A DNA stretch of 64,000 nt from Octopus vulgaris (GCA_951406725.2 OX597817.1:14632001-14696000), one strand, 5' to 3'. Counted from the stretch's first letter, positions 25,599 to 38,001 are shown. The notes: generated by a model not told the origin, from the sequence alone. Made by a program: numbers and translations.

Positions 25599-26886
25599 TT
25601 AATAATAAAAAAAAAAGTTAGCTATTTTACTAAATGCCTCAAAATTCTTGATTAATTGCAAAGTTAATTCAAAGACATAAGCAGTGCATTTTCATTTTAG
25701 TAAAACAGAGATTAAATTAAATCTTAGAAAAACCTTGCAGAGAAGCTGGACAGTAATAAACATAACTGTAAAGAATTTTTTTATAGACTTATTAACTATG
25801 GGAGAATACCAATCAATTAAGCCTAAAGCTATCTATCTATGCAAATAATGGTGTGGTATTACTAACAAAGTAGGTGTTGTAAAAGCGAAAATATTTAGGG
25901 CAACTCAAAAATAAGAAAATATTTTACCACCAGTGTAATCAATGTTTAACTCTTTATCGGATATTAAAATTTTTAATGAACACTCATTAAAATAACATTC
26001 CAACAATACACTACACAATTAGTCCATCACTGAATTTTAGAGCAAATTAAGTTCTCAACGGCACAATGTGTACTATCTTATAAATTTCAAGTCCCATCAC
26101 CAGACAGAATATTTAAGTAATAATGGTTTATGGAATGTTTATGGAATGAAGGCTATAAAGGTTAGACAACGTACAACTGTTTATAAGATTTACAACAACA
26201 TTTCCCAGATTAGAGGACAATGAGAAATGTATAAAACATAATTGTCAGGCCAGACTTGTGGAAATAGCAACCAACAAAACAGAACATTAATTTAGAAGAA
26301 TCAATACCAGAAGGAAAAAAATATAGAAAGATATACAGTGTAATACAGATAGGAAAGTGAAAGTACAACTTCAATGCCAGACTATTCTAATTGCTTCAGA
26401 AAACAAATCAAGCTTGTAAAAATTTAAGCAATCAATGTTATTTTAGTTTTAAACATAAATGCATATGACAAAAATATATAATGGCTCGCAAGTACTTTCT
26501 AATCGTTTATTAACGGTTAAAAGGATAGCACTACAACCATAACCTTCACAGGACCTCAGAGACTGTAGCAATTGACGTAACTGCTGTTCATCTTATAAGC
26601 CTGAAAGTTCCGTGTGTGTATGAGAAACGTGGTGGAGGAAGGGGAGAATTCTAGGGAACTGACATTCTGGTAAGAAAGGATTCAGATTAGTGGTCAGTGT
26701 AGAACTTGGTGAGGAGGGGGAGGGAAGAAAGGGTGGTGATAGCAGGAGAGACAGGTACGTTGAGTGGACTAGTATAGAGTGTGGAGGTATGCAATCACTT
26801 AGTTCTGAGGGACAGAGGCTACTATAGTTGTGATATAAAAAGCCACATGAGGAAAGCATTTCTGTGATTTAAATGTTGGTGTGTAT

Positions 26887-27125
26887 TACTCTTTTCACTC
26901 TTTTACTTGTTTCAGTCATTTGACTGCGGCCATGCTGGAGCACCGCCTTTAATCGAGCAACTCGAACCCGGGACTTATTCTTTTGTAAGCCCAGTACTTA
27001 TTCTATCGGTCTCTTTTGCCGAACCGCTAAGTGACGGGGACATAAACACACCAGCATCGGTTGTCAAGCAATGCTAGGGGGACAAACACAGACACACACA
27101 GACACACACAAAAACACACACACAT

Positions 27126-27177
<52 letters not shown>

Positions 27178-27343
27178 TATACGACGGGCTTCTTTCAGTT
27201 TCCGTCTACCAAATCCACTCACACGGCTTTGGTCGGCCCGAGGCTATAGTAGAAGACAGTTGCCCAAGGTGCCATGCAGTGGACTGAACCCGGAACCATG
27301 TGGTTGGTAAACAAGCTACTTACCACACAGCCACTCCTGCGCC
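26887..27343 (-). mobile_element. SINE family A, young full-length
   Basis: Reverse complement of the 1472 element. Confidence 0.9.
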
Positions 27344-27555
27344 TGTATATGGAGAGCAACTCCTTATTAATAGGTAGGGTACCTTCTTTTTGATGCAGTT
27401 TAGGATGTCCATGTGTGTAGCAGCACTACTGTCCTAATGTGGGAACATTTTTTTCCTTTCTGAATCTTGAGGCACACCAACATGTTGGTCAATAGGTCAG
27501 TCAGTGCACATTGAGATGGTGCAATCTGTGAGGAACTTTCCAGTCTAAGAAACAA

Positions 27556-27792
27556 GAGAAGGTGATGGGCTGGCAGAAACATTAGCACGCCGGGCGAAAT
27601 GCTTAGCGGTATTTCATTTGCCATTACGTTCTGAGTTCAAATTCCACTGGGATCGAGTTTGCCTTTCATCCTTTAAGGGTCAATAAATTAAGTACCAGTT
27701 ACACACTGGGGTCGATGTAATCGGCATAATCCCTTTGTCTGTCCTTGTTTGTCCCCTCCATGTTTAGCCCCTTGTGGACAATAAAGAAATAA
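27556..27792 (+). mobile_element. SINE family C with TSD
   Basis: Flanked by taagaaacaagaga direct repeats. Confidence 0.85.
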
Positions 27793-28671
27793 GAAACAAG
27801 AGATGGAAGGAGCCAATGGGTGAACAGAGGAGCAGGAGATCCTTAAAGTAGGGACAGTTAAATACTTTGCCAAAAAACATTGTTTTCAATAAATTTCTCA
27901 AGACTAACAGACCCAAGATGAGTGACAGACTCAAAGCAGGTGTCTATTCAATTTAGCTTTCCAGAAGCCATACTAGTGATCCTTTGAGGAGGAAGACAGA
28001 CTCAAAGCATTACAGAAATTCATTGTTAAAAGTGGTTTCCATCATATTGGAAATGTTGGACTGAGAGTAATAGGTTAATAGACAACAGGGTTAGAGAAAC
28101 TGAACTTCCGGGAAAATGAATAAACTATGGAAACCCTCAAATTCAATGCATTAGATACAGCTACTTTTGTAAACATTTATTATGGTACTGAAACTTAATA
28201 ATCCTGTTTAACTTGCTAGCTTTTAAATGCTGATTTCAAAAGGTCATTAAGTGTTCATTTTAAGTCTTCTGATTAATGAGCATAAAAATGGAGAGGGGTG
28301 GGCTATTCAAGGTTTGAAATACTCAAGATACACTACATATCATGACAATGTCTCTATGATGCCATCAGACGTTGAAGGCCCAAGGCAAGACAAAAGTGGA
28401 TAAATGCTTATTTTTTTAATATGATTTTTAATAAAATTATCTTTTTAAGAATTTGCAAACAAATATTATTTCATTTATTTTTTTTTTTAATCTTCCAATA
28501 TCTATGATGTCACATTACATTTTGGACAAGATTAACAGCATAAAGACTGAATAATTGGCATATCAAATGATAAATTGGAACATACGGTGGTGCCCCAGCA
28601 TGGCCGCAGCCTTCGGGCTAAAGCATTTTTAAGGATTTATACGATTTAAAATTAAAACAATTTGGTATAGC

Positions 28672-29174
28672 TAGTGGAACGTTAAAAGCACCATTCAACC
28701 ATGATCATTGCCAGGGCCACTGACTGGCTCCCATGCCGGTGGCACATAAAAAAAGCACCATTCGAGCATGATCTTTGCCAGTACCGCCAGAGTGGCTCCT
28801 GTGCCAGTGGCACATAAAAAAGCAGCATTCAACCATGATCCTTGCCAGGGCCACTGACTGGCTCCCATGCCGGTGGCACATAAAAAAAGCACCATTCGAG
28901 TGTGGTCATTGCCAGAACCACCAGACTGGCTCCTGTGCCAGTGGCACATAAAAAAGCACCATTCAAGATTGGTTGTTGCCAGTACCACCTGACTGGCCCT
29001 CATGCCAGTGGCATGTAAAAGCACCCACTACATTCTTGGAGTGGTTAGCGTTAGGAAGGGCATCCAGCTGCAGAAACTTGCCAGATCAGATTGGAGACTG
29101 GTGCAGACTTCTGGCTCGCCAGACCTCAGTCAAACCATCCAACCCATGCCAGCATGGAAAGCAGACATTAAACA

Positions 29175-29200
<26 letters not shown>
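28672..29200 (+). mobile_element. SINE family B with five ~66-bp internal repeats
   Basis: gtggcacataaaaaagcaccattc... units, then the tail and (gat)n. Confidence 0.85.
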
Positions 29201-29206
<6 letters not shown>

Positions 29207-29324
29207 ATTCAAAGTAGATTTCAACACTACAAGAAAATTGTTTTCTCTACAACTGACATAATAATGAAGATTTAATTCTAATTAAACACATCTTTCTTTG
29301 TTAGCATGTGTAAGATTCACACGT

Positions 29325-29708
29325 GGATGCGCAATGGCCCAGTGGTTAGGGCAGCGGACTCACGGTCATAGGATCGCGGTTTCGATTCCCAGACCGGGCA
29401 TTGTGAGTGTTTATTGAGCGAAAACACCTAAAGCTCCACGAGCCTCCGGCAGGGGATGGTGGTGATCCCTGCTGTACTCTTTCACCACAACTTTCTCTCA
29501 CTCTTACTTCCTGTTTCTGTTGTACCTGTATTTCAAAGGGCCGGCCTTGTCACTCTCTGTGTCACGCTGAATATCCCCGAGAACTACGTTAAGGGTACAC
29601 GTGTCTGTGGAGTGCTCAGCCACTTACACGTTAATTTCACGAGCAGGCTGTTCCGTTGATTGGATCAACCGGAACCCTCGTCGTCGTAACCGACGGAGTG
29701 CTTCCATC
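29325..29708 (+). mobile_element. tRNA-derived SINE family D, full length
   Basis: Head gcgcaatggcccagtggttagggcag...ggtttcgattccc; TSD aagattcaca(c/t)gt. Confidence 0.9.
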
Positions 29709-30806
29709 AAGATTCACATGTCTTTTTTATATTTGTTTAACATGATAATTTCTAATGCTAACAACATAACTGTATAATAGGCATGGAATTTATTGCCATT
29801 CTGATAACAAGAAGCTTACATTCTCTTTTTCTTTATCATAGGGAGAGAGATAGAAATAAAGAGAGAGAGAGAGAGAGAGAGATAGGGAGAGAGAGAGAGA
29901 ATACAAAAATCTTGTAATTAATCATCTCTAGCAAAAGAAACTTCTACAAAAGAATATAACATTTTAGGTTTTAGTACATAAAAGGTATTTTTATAGGTCA
30001 TTTAATCTGCATCTAATGTCCTTTGCTGAGTTCATTTATTTCACAGAAAGCTATAGATTTCTTACATATTTTAGTTCTAAATGCTATAAACTACTTACAT
30101 GTTCTTTGACATTTACTATTCATACAAATGTCCAACAAGAAATATAATAGCTACAGTTCCTTTAAAACACTGAAGACACAGACTCTACTTTAAGTCTTGT
30201 CTTACAGAGTTATTACTACCACATTCTTTGCAAATTACCATTGGTTGGTTTGTAATAATCTAATTCATTGTGTTGTTTCTTCTGAAATACATCATACTGG
30301 CTCTCTTATAATGGTGCTAACATGCCAGTAACCAGAGATAACACTCCTGTCTATAATCTGATTAACTAATTGTATGAATGCATCTACTCCTGTCTAACCC
30401 TGAAGCTTTTAGCAATTTCCTAAAATTAATTGAGAGCCTGCGCATTTGCAATCTTTTCTTTTCAGCCTACTGTAAGCATCCACCATTTTCATTGTATCTG
30501 TATGTAATAAACTGAACTGAATAGAATATATAGTGAGAATATTATAATCTGTATGGGAAATTTTATAATATAATTGAGAAACTTGAATACTGCATATGCT
30601 TAAGGACTATGAGTCAGCTTCCTTCTTTCCATAAACAAATAGATGAAAACATAATTGAAGATAGAAAAATAGAAAAATAAAACAAAAGAATTTCCAATTG
30701 TGATGTCAGCTGAACTAAAAATATTTGCATAACATATCTCTAGATTATAAAATGAGATATTTAGACTATCCATGTGGATAGGCAAAATTCAATGTGCCAT
30801 CATTAA

Positions 30807-31027
30807 CTCTTTTGTTACCAACCCGGCTGAAACCGGCTCTGGCTCTGTTGTACAAATGTCTGGTTTCCATAAGTTTTAAATTAAAATCTTCCACCAAACC
30901 TTAGTCACAATTTATGTTCCTAATACAAGCTGAATGGTAACTAAGTTATTTTACTAAATTCTTTGTTATATTTAAAGTAATTGAAAGAAACATAGAACAT
31001 CTCACAATAAATACAGTAACAAAAGGG
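30807..31027. mobile_element. piggyBac-like MITE P1
   Basis: TTAA|ctcttttgttac ... gtaacaaaaggg|TTAA. Confidence 0.88.
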
Positions 31028-31310
31028 TTAAAGATGCCTTGTTTCTGTGAAAAAAGGTCCCTCCCTACCCAGAGAGACAAATTTTCTTTTCTGCATGACA
31101 TAAACAACATCTGTTATTACTGTTATATTTTTCTGTCTTAAAATTTTTTTTACATGACTTCATTCAAGAAGTAGAGGGAGAAATAATGACCTATGACCTT
31201 ACTCAGGTCTACTAAGACTGGCAGGAGAAAAAGGAGAAAACTGACTACAGACTAGAGTCCTGAACCATACTGGATGTTACTAAAGATGCTCAATGATCAG
31301 GCAGTGGCAC

Positions 31311-31420
31311 ATAAATTAAGTACCAGTTACGCACTGGGGTTGATGTAATCGACTTAATACCTATGTCTGTCCTTGTTTGTCCCCTCTATGTTTAGCCCCT
31401 TGTGGGTAATAAAGAAATAG
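31311..31420 (+). mobile_element. 5'-truncated SINE family C
   Basis: 3' half only; imperfect TSD agg(c/t)agtgg(c/a)acataaa. Confidence 0.75.
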
Positions 31421-31964
31421 GTAGTGGAACATAAACCACCACTTTCCTTGGCTCCAATTTTATGCTTATCCTTGATTATTTTTACTTCAATTTTGGTGAA
31501 AATAATCATTTCTTAATTGCAAGGATTGGGGAAAGGTAGCTCTAGTGCTTTCAGTAATCATTTTAGAAATTTAGTATCATTTTTTAAGTTGAAATGATAA
31601 TCACTGATATCACTTCGATTTTCATTAAGTAAAACAAAAACCATTGTTGAGAAAATATCTCATAAAACTAAAATGAACATCAAAACAGACAATCTATTAC
31701 TAGTGTATGAATTTCATCAAATCAGAAATTTAAAAACAGTAAATATTAAGAATAACTGAAGTTTTCTTAAATTTGGAACTACCCAAGTCAGAAGTCACTA
31801 GCTTAAATAAAATAAAGAATATCAAAGCCACAATGGTATTCTTAAGTTACTAACAGAAGTTGCATGATAGGACTAATACCTAAAAGACATGGTGAATTTA
31901 GAGTTAAAAGTAGCTATAATTTTGATTTGATATTGCAATTAGTGATTGCAATTAGATTGTCATT

Positions 31965-32200
31965 AGATTCACTTCAACATTTAAATTTAATTTGCCAAAA
32001 TATTTTCATCGCTTTGAGACTGCGAACTGGCCACTGACAAAATTCTGTGCTGCATCTCAAAGTGACGAAAATATTTTGGCAAATTAAAATTAAATGTTGA
32101 AGGGAATCTAATGGTTTTTGTGTGTTTCTTAAATAGCTTATAAACACCTCCCATGCTGCAATTGTTTTCGTTCCAGTACATTATTTCAGATCAGGTCACT
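31965..32200. repeat. Second copy of the palindromic HHR-bearing element
   Basis: ttagattcacttcaacatttaaa...gttgaagggaatctaa followed by the same flank as 153-220. Confidence 0.85.
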
Positions 32201-32240
32201 TGCTATGCAAGTACATCTCAGTAATAATGTCATTGTTTAA

Positions 32241-32453
32241 CCCTTTAGCAATCAGATTTTTTTGTCAAATGTAATGCTTATTTATTCACATTGTTTTTCG
32301 TTAATTAGCATTATCTTGTAGATTCAAAATTTGTGTGTTGGCATATTTCTAGAATGACATTATAGGGTAGATGTTAGAGGTTTGATGTGGTCAGTTTGTA
32401 CATAAAACAGATAGAATATTTGGTCAGATATGACCAGATTAAATGCTAAAGGG
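32241..32453. mobile_element. piggyBac-like MITE P2
   Basis: TTAA|ccctttagca ... tgctaaaggg|TTAA. Confidence 0.85.
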
Positions 32454-32907
32454 TTAATATTTTTCAACAGACCAGTCAATGGTTAACTATATTTTTGACA
32501 ATGAGTGATAAAATAACTTCTGTAACTCATTCAGACAGCTATAACATTTTGCCGTTGTTTACATCCTTTGTCAATGCATAATTGCAAAATACATAATCAT
32601 ACACACACACATAACAGGCTTCCATGTAATTCCTGTCTATCAAATTCCGCTTAAAGACTATGTTAAAGGCCTCTTGTCTGAGGTGTTGTATAGTGGGACT
32701 GAACCTGTAACTACATGGTTGCAAAGTAAAGCTGAGTCAAGGAAGGTTTGAGAATAGAATAACAAAATCCTGGAAGGAGTGAAAAATTGAAGACATTAAA
32801 TACAGGAATATACAGCTTAACGACTGTTTATACATACTATATAATGTATAATGCTTTCTAAAGTAAAAGGAAAAAAAATCTTTTAATGATATTGCTCTGC
32901 CCAACCC

Positions 32908-33411
32908 ATCATCATCATCATCATTGTTTAACGTCAGTTTTCCATGCTAGCATGGGTTGGACGGTTTTGACTGAGGGCTGGCAACCAGATGGCTGCACCA
33001 GGCTCCAGTCTTGATCTGGCAGAATTTCTACAGTTGGATGCCCTTCCTAATGCCAAACACTCTGAGAGTGTAGTGGGTGCTTTTTACGTGCCACCTGCAC
33101 GGGGGCCAGTCAGGCGGTACTGGCAATGACCTCGCTCGAATCTTTTTACACGTGCCACTGACACAGGTGCCTGTGAAGCGACGTTGGTAACGATCACGCT
33201 CGAATGGTGCCCTTTTACGTGCCACAGGTACGGAAGCCAGTTGGCTGCTCTGGCAACGATCACGCTCGGATGGTGTTCTTGGTACCCTACTAGCACAGGC
33301 ATAAGTGCCAGTAAGGCAACACTGGTAACGATCATACTCGAATAGCCTCTCTGTCAACGATCACACTCATATGGTGCTCTTTGCACCCCACTAGCACGGA
33401 TGCCAGTCATC
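32908..33411 (-). mobile_element. SINE family B with internal repeats
   Basis: Near reverse complement of 59781-60180. Confidence 0.85.
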
Positions 33412-33666
33412 GAAATAATTAAACCCATGTTAGTAAAAAGAAAATGGGAAAATAGACGTGATGACAAATGACAACAGATATCTAAATTCATAATCAAGAT
33501 TTTAATTATCCATATTGTAATTAATATTCATTGGGATATGGTTGTAGTTTCAATTCATCCAACATATAACTGCTGAACATGAAGAACGAAGGATATAGGG
33601 ATAACTTTCATGTTTGGTGATTGGTTAGTTTGCTGGTTGTTTACACACACACACACACACACTCTG

Positions 33667-34044
33667 AAGCACTCCATCGGTTACGACGATGAGGGTTCCA
33701 GTTGATCCGATCAATGGAACAGCCTGCTCGTGAAATTAATGTGTAAGTGGCTGAGCACTCCACAGACACGTGTACCCTTAACGTAGTTCTCGGGGATATT
33801 CAGCGTGACACAGAGAGTGACAAGGCCGGCCCTTTGAAAATACAGGTACAACAGAAACAGGAAGTAAGAGTGAGAGAAAGTTGTGGTGAAAGAGTACAGC
33901 AGGGATCACCACCATCCCCCGCCGGAGCCTCGTGGAGCTTTAGGTGTTTTCGCTCAATAAACACTCACAACGCCCGGTCTGGGAATCGAAACCGCGATCC
34001 TATGACTGCGAGTCTGCTGCCCTAACCACTGGGCCATTGCGCCT

Positions 34045-34046
<2 letters not shown>
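33667..34046 (-). mobile_element. SINE family D, full length, inserted in (CA)n
   Basis: Near-identical reverse complement of 29325-29708. Confidence 0.9.
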
Positions 34047-34097
<51 letters not shown>

Positions 34098-35110
34098 TAC
34101 ATCTATAACAAATAACAGAAACATCTTTCTCAAATTACACCCCAATGTCTTGAAAAGACAAGTACAATGATATGCTATGGATCTTGGAAAAGATGGAATA
34201 ATCATTTACAGAGTACCTTTAATCACATGTACATTTGATTAAGAATGACACAGAGTTAAATAATGACTAAAAATTCAATGAATACTAAACTGCACAGTAC
34301 ATATATAAATCAACAAAAATCCTGTTACTGCCAAAACAGTATCTTTAAGATAGTATGTTAGCACATGTTTTCTATTATAATGAAGATACTGGAAAGTTCT
34401 CACACTGTATATTAAGTAAGTAATGTACAGAATAATAGCTGAAAGAAATTTCTACTTCTAAAAAAAAAATATACAATAATAATATGATTAAATGTTTCTT
34501 CCAAACATCAGCGCTCTCTAATCTAACAATGCTTTTGCTAAATTAAGGAAAATGGAGCAATTTTATTAAACACAAGATGCTGACATTGAAAACTATAGAA
34601 AGAGCAACAGCAATTGAAAAAAGAGTTTGCAGTTTTTCAATATTTCTAATGTTTGGAGTTTACAAAGCTTACGCCATTAGGGATATTGAATATCGGTCGA
34701 TATTCAAATTTTCAATTGTAGAACTTTGAACTAACAGAGAATTTATTATATTTAGCAGTGGAAACAGAAGAAATATAGCTTTTATCATAAAGATATAAAA
34801 GATTGGAAGTCTTTCTGTTGATTTGTGCAATTTACATGATGTAAGCGAAATAACTGCAATAAAGTTTTAATATTTCAATGAATTATTCTAAATGTGTATA
34901 TTTTTTTTTAATTTCATAAAAGCTGTAAAACTAGATATTATATTTAGTTTTGTAAAAGTGAAATAAATAAAAGAATTCACAAAAATTCAAGTTAAACTTT
35001 TTGCAAAAAAAAAAACCTTCCAAATAAACAATTTTCATAGAATTTTCACTTTGAAATTTTTAGAATTTTCATTCGGAAGAGAAAAATTGGAAAAATGGAA
35101 GTAAACTTAC

Positions 35111-35249
35111 ATTCATCTCTGAAACGAGGCTCTGCATTTGGTCCTACACGAGCAAAAGTTCGAATAATTTCCATTTGTACAGTATGTTGATCTCGGTATA
35201 CAGGGTCATCTAAGAATGTTTGTAGCTGCATGTAAACCCTATCCAACAT
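35111..35249 (-). CDS. RELCH: Internal exon of RAB11-binding protein RELCH (KIAA1468) orthologue
   Basis: Poly-T cctag| 139-nt exon |gtaagt. Peptide MLDRVYMQLQTFLDDPVYRDQHTVQMEIIRTFARVGPNAEPRFRDE matches recalled human RELCH LLERVKMQLASFLEDPQYQDQHSLHTEIIKTFGRVGPNAEPRFRDE. Confidence 0.88.
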
Positions 35250-36178
35250 CTAGGAAAAAAAAAAAAAATGGAAGCATAAAAATAGTATTTAATTAAGCCT
35301 ATCATGATTAAGCACTTACAATTTAGAAAGTAATTAAGCTTGCAAATTAAATATTTCATGACCTTGTCAATATATATTAAACATATATATATTTCTATAT
35401 ATTTGCTCTTGAAACTAAAGATTCCATTAAAAAATGTTAGGAATTTTAATTACTTTCTTCTAATCAATTTTGAATATTAATTAAATGATTCATAATCATT
35501 TCAGATGAAATGTGATTGGTGATTTAAAGAGTTTTTGCTCATTTTCGAAATTCAATCATTTACAATTAGCAATATTCAACAAGAATATTGTTATATTGAA
35601 GATCAGATTTCCTACTTGAAATCTGAATAATTGTCATGAGACTTTACTACAATCAGTATCAGGACAAAAACAAAAGAAGTAAAGAACAGATGACAATGAA
35701 AGTGCAACAAAATGAAATATCTGTAAAAGAAAAACATTCAAAAGATAATTCGGATATTAGAGTGACAAGTTCTACAGCCAGCAGTAAATCCAACAGCTTT
35801 TCTTGGAGAAAGAATATTACAACTAACATCAGATAACACAGCAAAAAGACTTAAAAATAACTATTTTCAATATTGTTAAGATATTCTTTTTTGAAATATC
35901 ATTGAAAAGTATCAGAACTTAAAGAAGCATTAGAGTTGCAATCTAAAAGTTTCAAATAATGAAATAACTGCTAATACTTTAAAATAAATATTAACCATAA
36001 GAAGAAATATAAGACAGAAAAGAGAAACAGGCCCATGGATGGGACTCAAACTACATATCGCACACTTGCTGATTACATGACAAAGCGTTCTTCATTTCAT
36101 CATAAATTAGATATTATTATAACTGTTTTCATAATTCAGACTATCCTATTTTACCTCTACAATATAGTTTATTCAACA

Positions 36179-36579
36179 CTAGCAGTATCGCCCGGCATTC
36201 CTCGGGTTTGTAAGGGAAATAACTACATAAGCATTTTTAGAGATGTAAAGTATAATAGCCATCTCAATATGGCTAACCACAAAGGGGGGGGGGGTTGTTA
36301 CTGTGGCTTTTTACGTTCTGAGATTTAATAATAAATTTTTAGAGAGTTACTTCCCTTATATATGCCAAAAATGCATTAAAAATGGGGAAAATTGATGGTA
36401 AATTTTTTTTTAAATCGTAGACTCATCATAGACGCGCGCTAATACCCAGAAGGGCTCGATATGAATCACGACTATAAGATATCCAGTTTTGGTTAAACTG
36501 CACCGCAAAATGTGGGAGTAGTTAGGAATCTAAATCGTAGGAGACAGACAGCACACAACCTCACTTTTATATATAAAGA
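36179..36579 (-). mobile_element. Non-autonomous Helitron
   Basis: On -: A|TC start, subterminal hairpin cccga...ccggg, CTAG|T end, no TSD. Confidence 0.85.
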
Positions 36580-36862
36580 TATGTCCAACAGAGTGAAGGA
36601 GTCCTGCAGCAGTTCAATGATTCTAATGAGAAATAACTCTATGATTCAAATTAGCTGCTAAGGTTTTAATATAAATGACATCAAGTATTATAACATCATA
36701 ATGTTCCAAATTGTTTTCAAGGTAACTCATGGGAGTCAACTGGTTACTCTGAGGCATTTTCTGTGAAATCACCTTTAAACAGGCAGTTCTATATTTAAAG
36801 GATGAGGAATTACGTACATTATTTACATTTGACGGATATTTGTCCTCAACTTGTTTGTTGTT

Positions 36863-36908
36863 AACACAACATTTCAGCTGATATACCCTCCAGCCTTCAT
36901 CAGGTGTC
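36863..36908 (-). ncRNA. Minimal type I hammerhead ribozyme (canonical core)
   Basis: gacac-CTGATGA-a-ggctg..cagct-GAAA-tg-TT^gtgtt. The decayed inverted copy at 38102-38147 gives consensus cagcc-GAAA-cgtt. Confidence 0.75.
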
Positions 36909-37077
36909 TTGGGGAAATTTCTCATTCCTAAGGTATTTTTCTATGTTATTATTATTGCTTATTATTATAATTATTCAGGTCGTAAACAACTTACCACTAA
37001 GGCTACCAGGAAGTGTGCTCCAGCAACTGGCGGTGTGAAAAAACCCCATAATCACAGGCCTGAACTCCTTATCGCTC

Positions 37078-37127
37078 AGAATCTTGGGGTTATTAGCCCA
37101 TGCTCTTAACCACTATGCCATATGCCC
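37078..37127 (-). other. tRNA-Ile(AAT)-like 5' portion (not an intact tRNA)
   Basis: gggcatatggcatagtggttaagagcatgggctAATaaccccaagattc has a D arm/A box and an anticodon arm; the T arm is disrupted. Confidence 0.5.
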
Positions 37128-37283
37128 GTGGGCAATTATGGAGTGAATTTTAGGTCTTATAAATCTAATATTTTCCTATCCTTCCTTAATACCAGTTCCC
37201 ATAAGCTGCTCATATCTGCACTCTGTCTGCTTAGGAGGTTGTTATGTCCTAGCATATGTGCTGCTTCTTTTAGTTTTCGTATT

Positions 37284-38001
37284 GGTCCAGATGGAGGATA
37301 TGTAAATGGAACCTCCCCCCCCCCATTTTTTTTTGTTTTTTTTTTACGGAATCCCATATTTTAGGCTATGGAGATTCCAATTCTGAAAAAATTTTTCAAA
37401 AATCGCAACTTCAAAATTTCAATTCCCCCACCTCACCATTTCTTCATTTTTCGCTATTTCCGGAAATTTCTTTTCCCAAAATACAAACAAAAATACAGAG
37501 ATTATGATTCTGAAAACAAAAAATTGTTTATAAAATTTCAATTTCCACAAAAAAAAAAAAATGGTTAACCGTTTGAATGGTTAACCGTTCTGTGAATGTA
37601 ACCCAGCTGTTGTAAGTTCCTATAGCTGGCCCATTTGTCTGTAATTTCATATTACTGCAGGAAATTACTCTGAAAGAAATCTTTGCAGAAAGGTGAGTAG
37701 ATTGATTACAAATTTCTTTCATTATGTTATCGCAGTTTTGTGAGATTTGGCTGTTATCTCTAGCATGTAAATAATATGCATGAGTTCAGAATCAGAATCT
37801 ATGTATTTTTGTATGTATTTCAGCAAAAAAATTTCCGGAAAAAGTGAAAAGTGAAGAAATGGGAAAGGAGGGTATTGAAGTTTTGAAGTTGTGATTTTGA
37901 AAATTTTTTTTTCAGAATCGGAATCTCGATAGCTTAAAATGTGGGATTAAAAAAAAAATTGAAGGGGAAAGGGTTCCGTTTACATATCCTCCATCTGGAC
38001 C
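37284..38001. mobile_element. Merlin-like MITE (long TIRs, 8-bp TSD)
   Basis: TIR ggtccagatggaggatatgtaaa / tttacatatcctccatctggacc, extending imperfectly well over 100 bp; TSD ttcgtatt at 37276-83 and 38002-09; GG..CC termini. Confidence 0.75.

Larger units (their letters stand above)
26590..28115 (-). pseudogene. Highly decayed CR1/L2-like LINE remnants, interrupted by SINEs
   Basis: Minus-strand motifs Y*PITLSP, DH*YGFWK and FLYHNYSSLCPSELSDCIPP resemble CR1-type RT and C-terminus. A similar remnant lies at about 43640-44470. Confidence 0.45.

Noticed and set aside
26521-26600. Possible next RELCH exon with a U12-like donor
   Set aside because: The donor reads ctatcctt rather than GT/AT-ATCCTT, and all three frames contain stops.
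28672-29020. CRISPR-like regularly spaced repeats (also 11690-11915, 41080-41390, 63478-63730)
   Set aside because: The would-be spacers are homologous to each other, the arrays lie inside SINEs, no cas genes are present, and the DNA is eukaryotic.
35636-35836. 66-aa K/S-rich ORF
   Set aside because: Low-complexity AT-rich sequence with no recognisable domain or splice support.
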